The translations under genes were made by a program, and so were the position numbers. Positions 15,021 through 30,171 of a stretch of 64,000 nucleotides of DNA are shown here, in pieces. The stretch is from Escherichia coli. Its GTDB lineage: Bacteria; Pseudomonadota; Gammaproteobacteria; Enterobacterales; Enterobacteriaceae. Under the pieces are notes generated by a model. That model did no database searches and had not been told where the DNA came from. It was given only the letters and a program-made list of their open reading frames with translations. The first letter of the stretch is position 1. Every line of letters begins with the position of its first letter. The stretch is taken from the NCBI RefSeq assembly GCF_016026235.1, contig NZ_CP065613.1; one strand, given 5' to 3'.

Positions 15021-16460
15021 ATGTCTATTGTGGTGAAAAATAACATTCATTGGGTGGGTCAACGTGACTGGGAAGTACGAGATTTTCACGGCACGGAATA
15101 TAAAACGCTGCGCGGCAGCAGCTACAACAGCTACCTCATCCGCGAAGAAAAAAACGTGCTGATCGACACCGTCGACCATAAATTCAGCCGCGAATTTGTG
15201 CAGAACCTGCGTAATGAAATCGATCTGGCGGATATCGATTACATCGTGATTAACCATGCAGAAGAGGACCACGCTGGGGCGCTGACCGAACTGATGGCGC
15301 AAATTCCCGATACGCCGATCTACTGTACTGCCAACGCTATCGACTCGATAAATGGTCATCACCATCATCCGGAGTGGAATTTTAATGTGGTGAAAACTGG
15401 CGACACGCTGGATATCGGCAACGGCAAACAGCTCATTTTTGTCGAAACACCAATGCTGCACTGGCCGGACAGCATGATGACTTACCTGACAGGCGACGCG
15501 GTGCTGTTCAGTAACGATGCTTTCGGTCAGCACTACTGCGACGAGCATCTGTTCAACGATGAAGTGGATCAGACGGAGCTTTTCGAGCAGTGCCAGCGTT
15601 ACTACGCCAATATCCTGACGCCGTTCAGCCGCCTGGTAACGCCGAAAATTACCGAGATCCTGGGCTTTAACTTACCAGTCGATATGATAGCGACCTCCCA
15701 CGGCGTGGTCTGGCGCGATAACCCGACGCAAATTGTCGAGCTGTACCTGAAGTGGGCCGCTGATTATCAGGAAGACAGAATCACCATTTTCTACGACACC
15801 ATGTCGAATAACACCCGCATGATGGCTGACGCTATCGCCCAGGGGATTGCGGAAACCGACCCACGCGTGGCGGTGAAAATTTTCAACGTCGCCCGAAGCG
15901 ATAAAAACGAAATCCTGACCAATGTCTTCCGCTCAAAAGGCGTGCTGGTCGGCACTTCGACGATGAATAACGTGATGATGCCGAAAATCGCCGGGCTGGT
16001 TGAGGAGATGACCGGATTACGCTTCCGTAACAAACGCGCCAGTGCTTTCGGCTCTCACGGCTGGAGCGGCGGTGCGGTGGATCGTCTTTCCACGCGCCTG
16101 CAGGATGCGGGTTTCGAAATGTCGCTTAGCCTGAAAGCGAAATGGCGACCAGACCAGGACGCTCTGGAGTTATGCCGTGAACACGGTCGCGAAATCGCCC
16201 GTCAGTGGGCGCTCGCGCCGCTGCCGCAGAGCACGGTGAATACGGTAGTTAAAGAAGAAACCTCTGCCACCACGACGGATGACCTCGGCCCACGGATGCA
16301 GTGCAGCGTCTGCCAGTGGATTTACGATCCGGCAAAAGGCGAGCCAATGCAGGACGTTGCGCCAGGAACGCCGTGGAGTGAAGTCCCGGATAACTTCCTC
16401 TGCCCGGAATGCTCCCTCGGCAAAGACGTCTTTGAAGAACTGGCATCGGAGGCAAAATGA
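15021..16460 (+). CDS. norV: Anaerobic NO reductase flavorubredoxin (479 aa)
   Basis: Full-length ORF with C-terminal rubredoxin CxxC...CPEC motifs. Confidence 0.96.
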   Translation: MSIVVKNNIHWVGQRDWEVRDFHGTEYKTLRGSSYNSYLIREEKNVLIDTVDHKFSREFVQNLRNEIDLADIDYIVINHAEEDHAGALTELMAQIPDTPIYCTANAIDSINGHHHHPEWNFNVVKTGDTLDIGNGKQLIFVETPMLHWPDSMMTYLTGDAVLFSNDAFGQHYCDEHLFNDEVDQTELFEQCQRYYANILTPFSRLVTPKITEILGFNLPVDMIATSHGVVWRDNPTQIVELYLKWAADYQEDRITIFYDTMSNNTRMMADAIAQGIAETDPRVAVKIFNVARSDKNEILTNVFRSKGVLVGTSTMNNVMMPKIAGLVEEMTGLRFRNKRASAFGSHGWSGGAVDRLSTRLQDAGFEMSLSLKAKWRPDQDALELCREHGREIARQWALAPLPQSTVNTVVKEETSATTTDDLGPRMQCSVCQWIYDPAKGEPMQDVAPGTPWSEVPDNFLCPECSLGKDVFEELASEAK

Positions 16461-17590
16461 GTAACGGCATTGTGATCATTGGTTCGGGCTTCGCCGCCCG
16501 CCAACTAGTGAAAAATATTCGCAAACAGGACGCCAGTATTCCATTAACCCTGATTGCCGCCGACAGCATGGATGAGTACAACAAACCTGACCTCAGCCAT
16601 GTTATCAGTCAGGGGCAACGTGCCGACGACCTTACCCGCCAGACGGCAGGTGAATTTGCCGAGCAGTTTAATCTGCGCCTGTTTCCGCAAACCTGGGTGA
16701 CGGATATCGATGCAGAAGCCCATGTAGTAAAAAGCCAGAATAATCAGTGGCGATACGACAAGCTAGTGCTGGCAACCGGTGCCAGCGCCTTTGTCCCGCC
16801 AGTGCCTGGGCGTGAGTTAATGCTGACATTAAATAGTCAGCAAGAGTATCGCGCCTGTGAAACGCAACTGCGGGATGCACGACGCGTGTTGATTGTTGGC
16901 GGTGGTTTGATTGGTAGCGAACTGGCGATGGATTTTTGTCGTGCAGGCAAAATGGTTACGCTAATCGACAACGCTACCAGTATTCTGGCGTCGTTAATGC
17001 CACCGGAAGTAAGCAGTCGCTTGCAGCATCGGTTGACGGAGATGGGCGTTCATCTGCTGTTGAAATCTCAGTTGCAGGGGCTGGAAAAAACGGATTCTGG
17101 CATTCTGGCAACGCTGGACCGCCAGCGTAGTATCGAAGTGGATGCGGTAATTGCCGCCACCGGACTGCGCCCGGAAACCGCCCTGGCACGACGTGCCGGG
17201 CTGACGATTAATCGCGGCGTTTGCGTCGATAGTTATCTGCAAACCAGTAATGCCGATATTTACGCGCTGGGCGATTGCGCGGAAATTAACAGTCAGGTAT
17301 TGCCGTTCCTGCAGCCGATTCAACTTAGCGGGATGGTGCTGGCAAAAAATCTTCTCGGCAATAACACACCGCTGAAACTACCGGCGATGCTGGTGAAAAT
17401 CAAAACGCCGGAATTACCGCTGCATCTGGCAGGCGAAACCCAGCGTCAGGATTTACGCTGGCAGATTAATACCGAACGCCAGGGAATGGTGGCGCGCGGC
17501 GTTGACGATGCTGACCAGCTTCGCGCCTTTGTGGTCAGTGAGGATCGGATGAAAGAGGCATTTGGATTGTTGAAAACGTTGCCGGTGTAG
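16457..17590 (+). CDS. norW: Flavorubredoxin reductase (377 aa)
   Basis: FAD/NAD(P) motif [10 protein letters not shown]; 4-nt overlap with norV. Confidence 0.95.
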   Translation: MSNGIVIIGSGFAARQLVKNIRKQDASIPLTLIAADSMDEYNKPDLSHVISQGQRADDLTRQTAGEFAEQFNLRLFPQTWVTDIDAEAHVVKSQNNQWRYDKLVLATGASAFVPPVPGRELMLTLNSQQEYRACETQLRDARRVLIVGGGLIGSELAMDFCRAGKMVTLIDNATSILASLMPPEVSSRLQHRLTEMGVHLLLKSQLQGLEKTDSGILATLDRQRSIEVDAVIAATGLRPETALARRAGLTINRGVCVDSYLQTSNADIYALGDCAEINSQVLPFLQPIQLSGMVLAKNLLGNNTPLKLPAMLVKIKTPELPLHLAGETQRQDLRWQINTERQGMVARGVDDADQLRAFVVSEDRMKEAFGLLKTLPV

Positions 17591-17595
17591 GTGGG

Positions 17596-17792
17596 CTACT
17601 GTGCCTAAAATGTCGGATGCGACGCTGGCGCGTCTTATCCGACCTACGGGGAGCGCATGTGTTGGTCACATAATGCGTTCATGTCACATACAGCTACTGT
17701 GCCCAAAATGTCGGATGCGACGCTGGCGCGTCTTATCCGACCTACGGGGACGCATGTGTAGGCCGGATAAGGCGTTTATGCCGCATCCGGCA
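17596..17792. repeat. REP/BIME cluster: two ~96-bp tandem units plus a terminal REP palindrome
   Basis: ctactgtgcc[t/c]aaaatgtcggatgcgacgctggcgcgtcttatccgacctacgggga occurs twice (17596, 17692); aggccggataaggcgtttatgccgcatccggca at 17759. Confidence 0.85.
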
Positions 17793-17818
17793 ATAATGGT
17801 GTTCAGATGCAACACGTT

Positions 17819-20071
17819 TTATCCGTTCTGGACTTCACCCGCTAACCAACGCGCCGCAGCAATAACCCCCTGCCCCAAAGACAAACCGCCATCACCCGCC
17901 GGTAAACTCTGTGGAAAGAGCAATGTGAAATCAGCGAGATAATGCGCCAGACGTGCACGCAGCAAACGGTTATGAATAACCCCGCCGCTAAATACCAGCG
18001 TAGTGATACCACGCATCGTGGCCTGCTCACGCATCAACGCGGCAAAACCCTGCGCCAGCGCATCATGAAACGCCCACGCGCGTTGATTAACCGAAGCCTG
18101 CCAGTTCAGCCACTGCTGCCAGAAAGTGGCGAGATCCAGTTGATTGTCCACCAGCGGTATCGTCACCGGATGCGTCACTCCGTCACATGAGGCTGCGAGC
18201 GCCTCCAGAGCACAAGCCGCTTCACCTTCATAACTTAACGTGGCTGGCGCACAGCCCAGTCCCGCCGCCACAGCATCGAACAAACGCCCACACGATGACG
18301 CCAGCGGCGCGTTAATTCCACGCTCAATAGCCCGCGCCAGCACGCTCCAGTTTTGCTGTTGCACACTTGCCGTTTCAGAGTAATTCTGCCACTCCGGCAC
18401 AAAGCGCAGGCACTGCGCCAGCAGGTTTCGCCACGGCTGCTTCGCCGCCAAATCGCCACCCTGAAGCGCCACTGCAGGCAAGCCGCCCAGGTGCTGGCAT
18501 TCGCGATAGTTCACCCGCAGGCACTCGCCGCCCCACAAAGCGCCGTTCTCCCCCATACCGATACCGTCGAGCGTCAACGCAATGACATCACCGCCATCCA
18601 GCGGCCACTGATGCTCTGCCAGACACGCCGCCGCATGAGCATGATGATGAAGCACCGTTTGTGTCGGCAGATTCATTTCGCGCGCCCACTGGCTGGAGAC
18701 ATAGCCCGGATGCGCGTCATGCACAACGTATTGCGGGGTGAAATCGTAGATGTTTTGCATCAGGCGTAACGCTTCGCGCCACTGCATCTGGATGCCATCG
18801 TCACTTAAATCGCCCAGATGCTGGCTCAACACCGCTTGTTCACCGCGCACCAGGCAGAAGGTATTTTTCAGATCCGCGCCGAGACACAGCACAGGCGGAA
18901 CATTTTTAAAGCCCGGAGGCAAAGCCAGCGCATCCGGCACATACCCCCGCGAACGGCGCAGCATTTCGCCGCTTTCGCGCACCACCGAATCATCCATCCG
19001 CTGCACGATGTCGCGGTTATGTATCAAGAATCCGTCGGCAATGCCCTGCAAATCCGCCAGCGCCTGTTCGTTGCTGATAGCCGGTGGTTTACCGCTCAGG
19101 TTGCCGGAGGTCATCACCAGCGGGCATTGCAGTTCCTGTAACAGCAAATGCTGGAGCGGGTTCGCAGGCAACATCACTCCGACTTCGTTAAGGCCAGGGG
19201 CGATATCATCACAAAGCTCAGGTACGTATTTTTTATCCACCAGCACAATCGGCGCAGCGGGCGTGGTAAGCAACTGGCGCGCAGCGTCTGGTAAACCGTC
19301 AGCCACTGGCAACATGACCGCCAGCGGTTTCGCCGGGCGATGTTTGCGCGCCCGAAGTGTCGCCACCGCGTTACTGTTACGTGCATCGCAGGCAAGATGA
19401 AATCCGCCAATCCCTTTGATGGCGACAATGTTGCCCATTTTTAACTGTGCGATAGCCGCCTGTAATGCCGCCTCTTGTTCCGCATGTTCACCATGACTTA
19501 CCCATTCAAGATGTGGGCCACACTCCGGGCAGGCCACCGGCTGGGCGTGGAAGCGACGATCGAGCGGGTCGCGGTACTCTTTATCACAGGCTGGACACAG
19601 CGGAAACGCCGCCATTACGGTAAACGGGCGGTCGTAAGGCATGGCGCGAATAATGGTGAAACGCGGGCCGCAGTGGGTACAGTTGATAAACGGATAACGA
19701 TAACGCCGCTCGCCTGGGGTATTCATTTCGGCAAGGCAAGCAGGGCAAGTAGCGGCATCGGGAACAATTTGCGTATTCATGGCACCTCCCGCGCTCTGGC
19801 GGATGGTGAACTCAGTGGGCAGTTGTGACCAGATGTACGGCTCACGCTCGACGCTATCAATACGCGCCAGCGGCGGGCAGTGCTGATGCAATTGAACAAG
19901 AAACGTTTCCGGGTCTTCCCGCAGCCGGACTTCTACGCCATCGCCGTCATTACAGACATCGCCGTGAAGATTTAATTGCTGTGCCAGCTGCCAGACAAAC
20001 GGACGAAAACCGACGCCCTGCACTTTGCCACGAATACGCAGTTGGACACCGCAAGATGTGTTTTTTGCCAT
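17819..20071 (-). CDS. hypF: Hydrogenase maturation carbamoyltransferase HypF (750 aa; start at MAKNTSCG)
   Basis: Acylphosphatase N-terminus and zinc-finger CxxC pairs; the track ORF has a 24-codon extension. Confidence 0.95.
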   Translation of the reverse strand: MAKNTSCGVQLRIRGKVQGVGFRPFVWQLAQQLNLHGDVCNDGDGVEVRLREDPETFLVQLHQHCPPLARIDSVEREPYIWSQLPTEFTIRQSAGGAMNTQIVPDAATCPACLAEMNTPGERRYRYPFINCTHCGPRFTIIRAMPYDRPFTVMAAFPLCPACDKEYRDPLDRRFHAQPVACPECGPHLEWVSHGEHAEQEAALQAAIAQLKMGNIVAIKGIGGFHLACDARNSNAVATLRARKHRPAKPLAVMLPVADGLPDAARQLLTTPAAPIVLVDKKYVPELCDDIAPGLNEVGVMLPANPLQHLLLQELQCPLVMTSGNLSGKPPAISNEQALADLQGIADGFLIHNRDIVQRMDDSVVRESGEMLRRSRGYVPDALALPPGFKNVPPVLCLGADLKNTFCLVRGEQAVLSQHLGDLSDDGIQMQWREALRLMQNIYDFTPQYVVHDAHPGYVSSQWAREMNLPTQTVLHHHAHAAACLAEHQWPLDGGDVIALTLDGIGMGENGALWGGECLRVNYRECQHLGGLPAVALQGGDLAAKQPWRNLLAQCLRFVPEWQNYSETASVQQQNWSVLARAIERGINAPLASSCGRLFDAVAAGLGCAPATLSYEGEAACALEALAASCDGVTHPVTIPLVDNQLDLATFWQQWLNWQASVNQRAWAFHDALAQGFAALMREQATMRGITTLVFSGGVIHNRLLRARLAHYLADFTLLFPQSLPAGDGGLSLGQGVIAAARWLAGEVQNG

Positions 20072-20223
20072 TGAGTTATTCCCGCCATCATGAATTGCGT
20101 AACCCGTCCAGCCGGACACGACAGCGTCGCATCCGGCAGTCACAGGTCGGCGATACCGCCCGCTCCGTATTCTACGAATATTTCCGGGAATTCCTTTGAT
20201 GCCAGAACAGTTCTGTAAGATTT

Positions 20224-20751
20224 TTAGAACATCAGCGCCGTACGGCGGCGTTTTTCTGCGCTCAGTTGTTCAAGTTTATTGCGATCGACACAAATTAGCG
20301 CATGGGTCGGGCAAGCCGCCATACACGCCGGGCCGTCTTCACGATGGTTGCACAGGTCGCATTTATTGGCTTCGGCTTTGTCAGCCCGTACATTCAGCCC
20401 CGCGCCGCTGTTGCGAATCACCGGACGTACCACCACTTCCATCGCGCCATACGGGCAAGCCACAACGCAGGTTTTGCAACCAATGCAACGTTCCTGCATC
20501 ACATGAACAAACCCTTTATCACGGCTGATAGCACCATTCGGGCAGACGTTAGCGCACGGTGCATCTTCACACTGACGGCAAACTGTCGCCGTGGAAATGT
20601 TCACACCTTTAATGACATGGATACGCGGTAAAAATGTTTCCGGGGTCAGCGATGCACAGTCCTGATTTTCCTGATGAGAAACCACGCACGCCACTTCACA
20701 GGTACGGCAACCAATACATTTACTCGCGTCAGCAATGATGAAACGGTTCAT
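20224..20751 (-). CDS. hydN: Fe-S electron-transport protein HydN (175 aa; start at MNRFIIAD)
   Basis: Multiple CxxCxxCxxxCP ferredoxin motifs; upstream of hypF. Confidence 0.92.
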   Translation of the reverse strand: MNRFIIADASKCIGCRTCEVACVVSHQENQDCASLTPETFLPRIHVIKGVNISTATVCRQCEDAPCANVCPNGAISRDKGFVHVMQERCIGCKTCVVACPYGAMEVVVRPVIRNSGAGLNVRADKAEANKCDLCNHREDGPACMAACPTHALICVDRNKLEQLSAEKRRRTALMF

Positions 20752-20899
20752 CAAATTCTCCAGCAATGACAGTTAATGCGCCGATACATTCACAAATCAT
20801 GCCAGTTTTTAATTTGCTGTTATTTAAGGAAATTAATTTCTGTAATGCAGGAAAAAAGATGTCATCGACACTAGTGACGATGACATGTGATGACAATGT

Positions 20900-21910
20900 T
20901 TATCGCGAAAGAGCAATGAGTGAGTCGCGGCAGATCAGTTTTCCGCTGAAGGTTTTCGGCGGTGAGAAATCCCCGCCATCGAGCATAAAAATCAGCCGTC
21001 CAATAATTTCCTGAATCATCTCAGTCACCGGAATTTTTACGCTGGAGAGCGCCGGAACGATATAGGGGGCAATTGCGATATCATCGAATCCGATAACTGA
21101 CACCTGCTCTGGCACCGCTACGCCGCGCTCGTGTAACGCTTTCATCGCACCTATCGCCATATCGTCGTTACTGGCAACTAACGCGCTAAATTTAGCCCCA
21201 CGTTCGAGCAACATTTCTACCCCTTCGGCCCCGCTGGCAGGCGTCCATTTACCGTTAGCGATAAGTTTTTCATTGAGCGCAATACCATGCTGCGCCAGCG
21301 CGTCTTTATACCCGGCAAGACGTTCAATGCTGGTGGGGGAATCCATCGAGCCGGTAAGGAAAGCAATCTCCTGATGCCCGGCGTTTATCAACTCTGCCAC
21401 GGCATTAAAGCTGGTCTGTTTATGATCGCACCAGACGCTATGGCTGCTATTTTTGCGCAGGCGGCGATTAAGCACCATTATCGGCTGACTGTGCGCGTCA
21501 ATAATGTCATCGATCTCATCCACGCTTAAAAAACGCGGGTAAATCATAATGGCGTCGCAGCGCAAATCCAGCAGATACTGAATCGCCTGGCGCTCTTCTT
21601 CGGCGCTGTGTTTACCATCTGCCAATAGCAACTGCCGCCCTTTCTCTTCCGCCATTCGCGCGGCATGAAAGAGTAATTCACTAAAATAAATGCCGTGGTA
21701 AAGCGTGTTGGTCACTACCAGCCCCAGCGTCTGAGTACTCTTCGCCGACAGATTGCGCGCCAGCAAGTTTGGACGGTAACCGCTCTCTTCTACCGCCTGA
21801 AACACGCGATCTTTAGTCTCCTGGCTGACGTAGCCATTACCTGAAAGCACGCGGGAAACGGTCGCTTTTGAAACCCCGGCGCGCTTCGCCACTTCCAGCA
21901 TCGTCGTCAT
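20900..21910 (-). CDS. ascG: LacI/GalR-family repressor of the cryptic asc operon (336 aa)
   Basis: HTH MTTMLEVAKRAGVSKATVSRVLSG; divergent from ascFB. Confidence 0.93.
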   Translation of the reverse strand: MTTMLEVAKRAGVSKATVSRVLSGNGYVSQETKDRVFQAVEESGYRPNLLARNLSAKSTQTLGLVVTNTLYHGIYFSELLFHAARMAEEKGRQLLLADGKHSAEEERQAIQYLLDLRCDAIMIYPRFLSVDEIDDIIDAHSQPIMVLNRRLRKNSSHSVWCDHKQTSFNAVAELINAGHQEIAFLTGSMDSPTSIERLAGYKDALAQHGIALNEKLIANGKWTPASGAEGVEMLLERGAKFSALVASNDDMAIGAMKALHERGVAVPEQVSVIGFDDIAIAPYIVPALSSVKIPVTEMIQEIIGRLIFMLDGGDFSPPKTFSGKLICRDSLIALSR

Positions 21911-22169
21911 CATTTTCATCCCTTTACACGCAATCAACGCAGTGTACTGCACCGTTTACCGATTGTCCTTGCGCAATTGGCGGGAAAAATATTCAGGTGA
22001 CCGGTTTCACAAATATAAAAAATGAACAATTAACTCTCTTGCTTATTTGGTGACAACTATTCATGATTTTGTGAAACCGGTTTCTTAATTCCGTTTCAGC
22101 ATCGGCATTTTTCCGTCACGTCGACTGATAACAACTACATCTACCCTACTGATAACAGGATAAAATCCG

Positions 22170-25060
<2,891 letters not shown>

Positions 25061-25281
25061 GTAACCATGCCGGATGCGGCGTGAACGCCTTATCCGGCCT
25101 ACATGTCGCACGAACCAGGTAGGCCCGATAAGCGTAGCGTATCGGGCAATTTGGCGTTTGGCATCAGTTAGTAACCGCGCCGGATGCGGCGTGATGAATG
25201 CCTTATCGGGCCTAGTGTCGCACGAACCAGGTAGGCCCGATAAGCGCAGCGCATCGGGCAATCTGGCGTTTGCTATCAGTT
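25061..25281. repeat. REP/BIME cluster: two ~110-bp tandem units each holding two REP palindromes
   Basis: gtaacc..gccggatgcggcgtga..ccttatc[c/g]ggcc..aggcccgataagcg.agcg.atcgggcaa repeated at 25061 and 25171. Confidence 0.85.
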
Positions 25282-25329
25282 CTGATTCCCTCATCAAGAA
25301 CATCCCTGTCCTGATTCCTTACTGAAAAA

Positions 25330-25800
25330 CTACTCTTCTTCCACCGCTAACTGCGCGAAACCGCCGTTCCCTTCCCAGCCTTCCAGACGTTGATAAACGG
25401 TTTCAACCGCATCTTTAATCGGCTGGGTCATCGGGTAGTAAAAGCCGACGATACCCAGCTGGATGCCGAGGAAAATCACTTCGCCAATATCTTCTTTCAA
25501 CTGATCGATAAGGTAGTTCAACGGCATGTTATGGGTAGTCATCATAAACATCTCGGCGATATCATCCGGGTCGATGATGCGGATTTCGCCGGGGTTTAGC
25601 CCCATATCAGTAGCGTCAACAATCAGTAACCGCGTAGGGCGCAGTTCACGGATGGCGACGATGTCGTTTTCCGGTGCACTACCGCCGTCAATCACCACCC
25701 AGTTGCCTTTCGGCGCGGCGGCGCACTTTTCCGCCAGCAGCGGGCCTGCGCCATCATCACCCATCATGCTATTGCCAACACAGAGTAAAACGTCAGTCAC
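25330..25800 (-). CDS. hycI: Hydrogenase 3 maturation endopeptidase (156 aa)
   Basis: Last gene of hyc operon; size and sequence. Confidence 0.93.
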   Translation of the reverse strand: MTDVLLCVGNSMMGDDGAGPLLAEKCAAAPKGNWVVIDGGSAPENDIVAIRELRPTRLLIVDATDMGLNPGEIRIIDPDDIAEMFMMTTHNMPLNYLIDQLKEDIGEVIFLGIQLGIVGFYYPMTQPIKDAVETVYQRLEGWEGNGGFAQLAVEEE

Positions 25801-26203
25801 GCAGTCTCCTCACCATCAAATAGATGGCGTTTTCCTGATGAATATCATGCAGCATACTTAACAGCATTGTACTCCATTCCTTCTGCTGCGAAGTTTGCGC
25901 TGCCCGGGCTTTATCGAATGCATTGGCCAGCATCGGCACATGGTTAATGTCGATGACGATCTCACCATATTTCGGCACACCTTCCATTTTGCGGCGGGCT
26001 TCGCTGCCCGCCTCCAGAGTGGCAATCCATGCCAGATATTCATCCCACGGGCAGGTGAGCGCCGCTTCCAGGCAATCGATAACCCCAAGGTGGTGACCAA
26101 TCGCCAGGCTGTAATAGACCACCTGCTGCGCCTCGGCGGGCGTGGCATCGTTCTCATCAATAAATTTACGGCTCAGTTGACTGAACACCACCTTTTCACT
26201 CAT
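25793..26203 (-). CDS. hycH: Formate hydrogenlyase maturation protein HycH (136 aa)
   Basis: Operon position. Confidence 0.9.
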   Translation of the reverse strand: MSEKVVFSQLSRKFIDENDATPAEAQQVVYYSLAIGHHLGVIDCLEAALTCPWDEYLAWIATLEAGSEARRKMEGVPKYGEIVIDINHVPMLANAFDKARAAQTSQQKEWSTMLLSMLHDIHQENAIYLMVRRLRD

Positions 26204-26967
26204 CGGATACGCGCCTCTTCAACAACATGATTCAGATGGCTGACAATCTCGTTCAGACGCGGATCGTTTTCCGCTTCCAGCCAGCGTGCAACCTGTTCTT
26301 CGCCCTGCCCTAACTGTGTAAGGTAATCATCGGCAATCTGACGACCGTAACGATAACCCGCCAGTCGACGTGCTTCGCGATCCACTTTCACACGCAGCGG
26401 CTGCACCATATCGCCATGCAGGATCTCCGCCGGTTGTTCATCCTGCTCACCCGGCCCACGGGCGTGAATTTTTTGCTCCAGCAGGCCGAGCGCCATTGCA
26501 AAGCCGTACAGCGTGGCAGCAGGCGTTGGCGGGCAGCCAGGGATATAAACATCCACCGGGACGATTTTATCCGTACCGCCCCACACGCAGTAGAGATCGT
26601 GGAAGATCCCGCCGCTGTTACCGCAGGCACCGTAGGAGATACAAATTTTCGGGTCCGGCGCGGACTGCCACGCACGCAGCGCAGGGGATCGCATTGCACG
26701 GGTGACCGCGCCGGTAAACAGTAAAATATCCGCATGACGCGGTGAAGGAACGACTTTAATGCCGAAGCGTTCTGCATCAAACAGCGGCGAAAGCGTGGCG
26801 AAAATTTCGATTTCGCAGCCGTTGCAGCCGCCGCAGTCCACGCGGTAAACGTAGGCAGAGCGTTTGATTTTTTTCAGTAACGACGCCTTCATACTGGCGA
26901 TGGATTCATCCACCGTCATCGGGACCGGAATGCCGTTGGCGTCACGGGGGCCTAATAAATTGCTCAT
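26200..26967 (-). CDS. hycG: Hydrogenase 3 small subunit, NuoB-like (255 aa)
   Basis: Cys motifs GGCNGCE, GCPP. Confidence 0.93.
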   Translation of the reverse strand: MSNLLGPRDANGIPVPMTVDESIASMKASLLKKIKRSAYVYRVDCGGCNGCEIEIFATLSPLFDAERFGIKVVPSPRHADILLFTGAVTRAMRSPALRAWQSAPDPKICISYGACGNSGGIFHDLYCVWGGTDKIVPVDVYIPGCPPTPAATLYGFAMALGLLEQKIHARGPGEQDEQPAEILHGDMVQPLRVKVDREARRLAGYRYGRQIADDYLTQLGQGEEQVARWLEAENDPRLNEIVSHLNHVVEEARIR

Positions 26968-27509
26968 CAGATGGCCTCTTTCATATGGCGAGTCAGTTCA
27001 ATACGGTCGGACGGCACCAGGCATTTCTGGCGCTTACATTCCGGGCAAGTCTCAAAGCTTTCGCGGTGGTTTTCCGCGCGGCTGTCGCCGTTGTGCTTAA
27101 GCAGCGCAATGGCGTAGTCGATCTCTTTCTGAACGGCGAAAGGACGATTGCAGACGCGGCAGTTGCACAGCGCGAAGCGGGACTGTTGCAGGAAGTCTTC
27201 TTTCTTCCACACCGCCAGTTCGTACTCTTGCGACAGTTTGATCGCCGCCGTCGGGCAAACTTCTTCGCAGCGTCCACAGAAGATGCAACGCCCGAGATTA
27301 AACTCCCACGCAAGCTCTCCTGTGGCGAGGTCAGTTTCAACCGTTAAGGCGTTTGACGGGCAGGCATTGACGCAGGCCGCGCAGCCGATGCACTGCTGCG
27401 GGTTCTGCTCTGGCTTACCACGGAAGTTTTTATCAACCGCAATCGGCTCCAGCGGATAAGACGAGGTCGCCGTGCCGGTTTTGATAACTTTTTTGATAAA
27501 GGTAAACAT
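26967..27509 (-). CDS. hycF: Formate hydrogenlyase 2x[4Fe-4S] subunit (180 aa)
   Basis: Two CxxCxxCxxxCP motifs. Confidence 0.93.
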   Translation of the reverse strand: MFTFIKKVIKTGTATSSYPLEPIAVDKNFRGKPEQNPQQCIGCAACVNACPSNALTVETDLATGELAWEFNLGRCIFCGRCEEVCPTAAIKLSQEYELAVWKKEDFLQQSRFALCNCRVCNRPFAVQKEIDYAIALLKHNGDSRAENHRESFETCPECKRQKCLVPSDRIELTRHMKEAI

Positions 27510-27518
27510 GGCGATTCC

Positions 27519-29228
27519 TTATTTCAGCGGCGAGTTTTTACGCTCAATGCTGTAGCGCTCGAGTTCTTTGTACGGCACCACTTTGCTCTTCTTCTTACGC
27601 ACATCGACTACGGTCATGCGGTCGGTACAGGAGTAGCAAGGGTCCAGGCTACCGATAATCAGCGGCGCATCGGAAACGGTGTTGCCGCGCAGCATGTAGC
27701 GCAGGGTCGGCCAGTTCGCGTAGGTCGCGGCACGGCAGCGCCAGCGGTACAGCTTCTGGTTGTCGCCGGTCATGCTCCAGTGGATATCATCGCCGCGCGG
27801 CGCTTCGGCAAAGCCCAGCGCAAAGCGGTGCGGAATGTAGGTAAAGCCTTCCACCATCAGTGGGCCACCCGGCAGGTTATCCAGACCGTAGTCGATCATG
27901 TTCAGCGCGGTATAGACTTCGTTGATACGCACTTTCAGACGGGAAATAACGTCGCACCCCTGCTCGCTGTGGACTTCCATTGGCAGCAGGCCATAGCCGA
28001 CAAACGGGTGATCGGCACGGGTATCACGGGCGTGACCGCTGGCACGGACCATCGGGCCGACATTACTGAAATCGCGGGCGATTTCCGGGTCCAGACGACC
28101 AATGCCGACGGTGCGTTGTTCCATGTTCGGTGTGCTCAGCAGCACATCCACCAGCTCCTGCACTTCACGACGCATCTGTTGCGCCAGCTGGCGGGTCTGG
28201 ATCATGTCATCTTTCAGCAGATCGCGACGAATCCCGCCGATCAGGTTCAGGCCGTAGGTTTTACGCGCACCGGTAAGGATCTCTGCCATTTTCATGGAGG
28301 TTTCACGCACGCGGAAGAACTGCATAAAGCCGGAGTCGAAGCCGGTAAAGTGGCAGGCGAGGCCGAGGTTGAGCAGATGCGAGTGCAGGCGTTCCACCTC
28401 CAGCAGAATGGCGCGGATCATCTGCGCACGTTCTGGCACCTGAATACCCATCGCGTTTTCCACCGACGTGGTGTAGGCGGTGCTGTGAGCAAAGCCGCAG
28501 ATCCCGCACACACGGTCAGAGAGGAAGGTCACTTCGTTATAACCCATGCGGGTTTCCGCCAGTTTTTCCATGCCGCGATGGACATAGAACAGGCGGTAGT
28601 CGGCGTCGATAATGTTTTCGCCATCGACGAACAGACGGAAGTGGCCCGGTTCGTCAGAAGTGACGTGCAGCGGACCAATCGGCACGACGTTGTTTTTCTT
28701 GTCGCCCAGTTCGTTGATGAACTCGTAGGTTTCAGCATCGGTGGTCGGTGCCGGACGCTGACGATAATCCATGCTGTCTTTACGCAGCGGATAAAGTTCA
28801 TCCGGCCAGTCATCCGGCAGCACCAGACGGCGTTCATCCGGCAGACCAACCGGAATCAATCCGTACATATCGCGCACTTCGCGCTCGCCCCACACCGCCG
28901 CCGGAACGCGCGGCGTTACGGACGGATATTCCGGTTTGTTGGCGTCAACTTCGACGCGCACCGTTACCCAACACTTAGTCCCCTTCTCCATCGACAGCAC
29001 GTAATAAACGGCGTAATGACCATTCAGTTTGCGTTCGTCGTTACCAAAAAGCACCGACAGCCAGCCACCCTGTTTGTAGTAGAGAAACTCCACCACTTCT
29101 GGCAGATAGTTCACCTTCACGGTCACGGTCAGCTGATCTTTGGTCTGCCAGGCGTGGTCCAGCACGACGCCCGGAAATGCCTCATTCAGCGCGGCGAGAT
29201 AATGTTGACCTAATTTTTCTTCAGACAT
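27519..29228 (-). CDS. hycE: Hydrogenase 3 [NiFe] large subunit (569 aa; start at MSEEKLGQ)
   Basis: N-terminal RxCGxCxxxH and C-terminal DPCxxC Ni-binding motifs. Confidence 0.95.
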   Translation of the reverse strand: MSEEKLGQHYLAALNEAFPGVVLDHAWQTKDQLTVTVKVNYLPEVVEFLYYKQGGWLSVLFGNDERKLNGHYAVYYVLSMEKGTKCWVTVRVEVDANKPEYPSVTPRVPAAVWGEREVRDMYGLIPVGLPDERRLVLPDDWPDELYPLRKDSMDYRQRPAPTTDAETYEFINELGDKKNNVVPIGPLHVTSDEPGHFRLFVDGENIIDADYRLFYVHRGMEKLAETRMGYNEVTFLSDRVCGICGFAHSTAYTTSVENAMGIQVPERAQMIRAILLEVERLHSHLLNLGLACHFTGFDSGFMQFFRVRETSMKMAEILTGARKTYGLNLIGGIRRDLLKDDMIQTRQLAQQMRREVQELVDVLLSTPNMEQRTVGIGRLDPEIARDFSNVGPMVRASGHARDTRADHPFVGYGLLPMEVHSEQGCDVISRLKVRINEVYTALNMIDYGLDNLPGGPLMVEGFTYIPHRFALGFAEAPRGDDIHWSMTGDNQKLYRWRCRAATYANWPTLRYMLRGNTVSDAPLIIGSLDPCYSCTDRMTVVDVRKKKSKVVPYKELERYSIERKNSPLK

Positions 29229-29245
29229 GCTCAAACTCTCTTTAA

Positions 29246-30169
29246 TCACGCCGCCAGCAAGGAGACGAACGCTAAAAATGCAAAGCCAAACCCAGCCCAG
29301 GTAATGCGCGGAGTAATATCAAGACGCAGACGGGCCATGCTGTTTTCGAACAGCGCGATAACCAGGACGCCGACCACCAGTTTGACGATGGCAATCACCA
29401 GCGCCAGCAGCAGCCCACCGGCGGTGAAGGTTTCCATCTGTCCCCACGGGATAAATACGCCGACGAACATCTGCAGCACCACCAGCTGTTTCAGGCTGAT
29501 ACCCCATTTCATGACGCCAAAGCCGCTGCCGCTGTACTCAGAGAGCGGACCTTCCTGCAACTCCTGCTCAGCTTCCGCCAGGTCGAACGGCAGTTTGCCC
29601 ATTTCGATAAAGGTGGCGAACGCACAGGCACAAAGCGCCAGTACCAGCGGGATGCTCTGGCTCAGCGGCCAGTGATAAACGGTGTCGGTGATGTTGCTGA
29701 TGTTGGTGGAACCGGCAACCTGTGCGGCAACCCACAGACCAAGCAGCAGCATCGGTTCGACCAGCACGCCAAGCATCGCTTCACGACTCGCGCCGATAGC
29801 GGTAAACGGGCTACCGGTATCCAGACCAGAAATGGCAAAGAAGAAACGCGCGATGGCAAAGAGATACAGTAAGGTGATCAAATCACCCAGTTGCGGCAGC
29901 GGAGAACCGACGGTCACCACCGGCAGCGCAGTAGCGATAGTCAGCATGACGCCCACCATCACATACGGCGTCAGGCGGAACACCCAGCCGGAGGCATCCG
30001 GGCCAACGCTCTGGCGGCCCAGCAGTTTGAAAATGTCACGATACTCCTGCAACACACCCGGCCCGCGACGGTTATGCAAGCGGGCGCGCGCCACGCGGGT
30101 AATACCGGAGAGCAGCGGCGCAACGGCAAATAACACCAGCGCCTGAATTAACGGATATAAAAAACTCAT
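29246..30169 (-). CDS. hycD: Formate hydrogenlyase membrane subunit, NuoH-like (307 aa)
   Basis: Polytopic membrane protein in operon. Confidence 0.93.
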   Translation of the reverse strand: MSFLYPLIQALVLFAVAPLLSGITRVARARLHNRRGPGVLQEYRDIFKLLGRQSVGPDASGWVFRLTPYVMVGVMLTIATALPVVTVGSPLPQLGDLITLLYLFAIARFFFAISGLDTGSPFTAIGASREAMLGVLVEPMLLLGLWVAAQVAGSTNISNITDTVYHWPLSQSIPLVLALCACAFATFIEMGKLPFDLAEAEQELQEGPLSEYSGSGFGVMKWGISLKQLVVLQMFVGVFIPWGQMETFTAGGLLLALVIAIVKLVVGVLVIALFENSMARLRLDITPRITWAGFGFAFLAFVSLLAA

Positions 30170-30171
30170 TC

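Noticed and set aside
18353-19400. 138-aa and 216-aa plus-strand ORFs
   Set aside because: Both lie antisense within hypF, with Arg/Ser/Ala-rich composition typical of a GC-rich antisense frame.
27780-29213. 477-aa ORF on the plus strand
   Set aside because: Antisense to hycE; low-complexity His/Arg/Val-rich translation with no recognisable domain.
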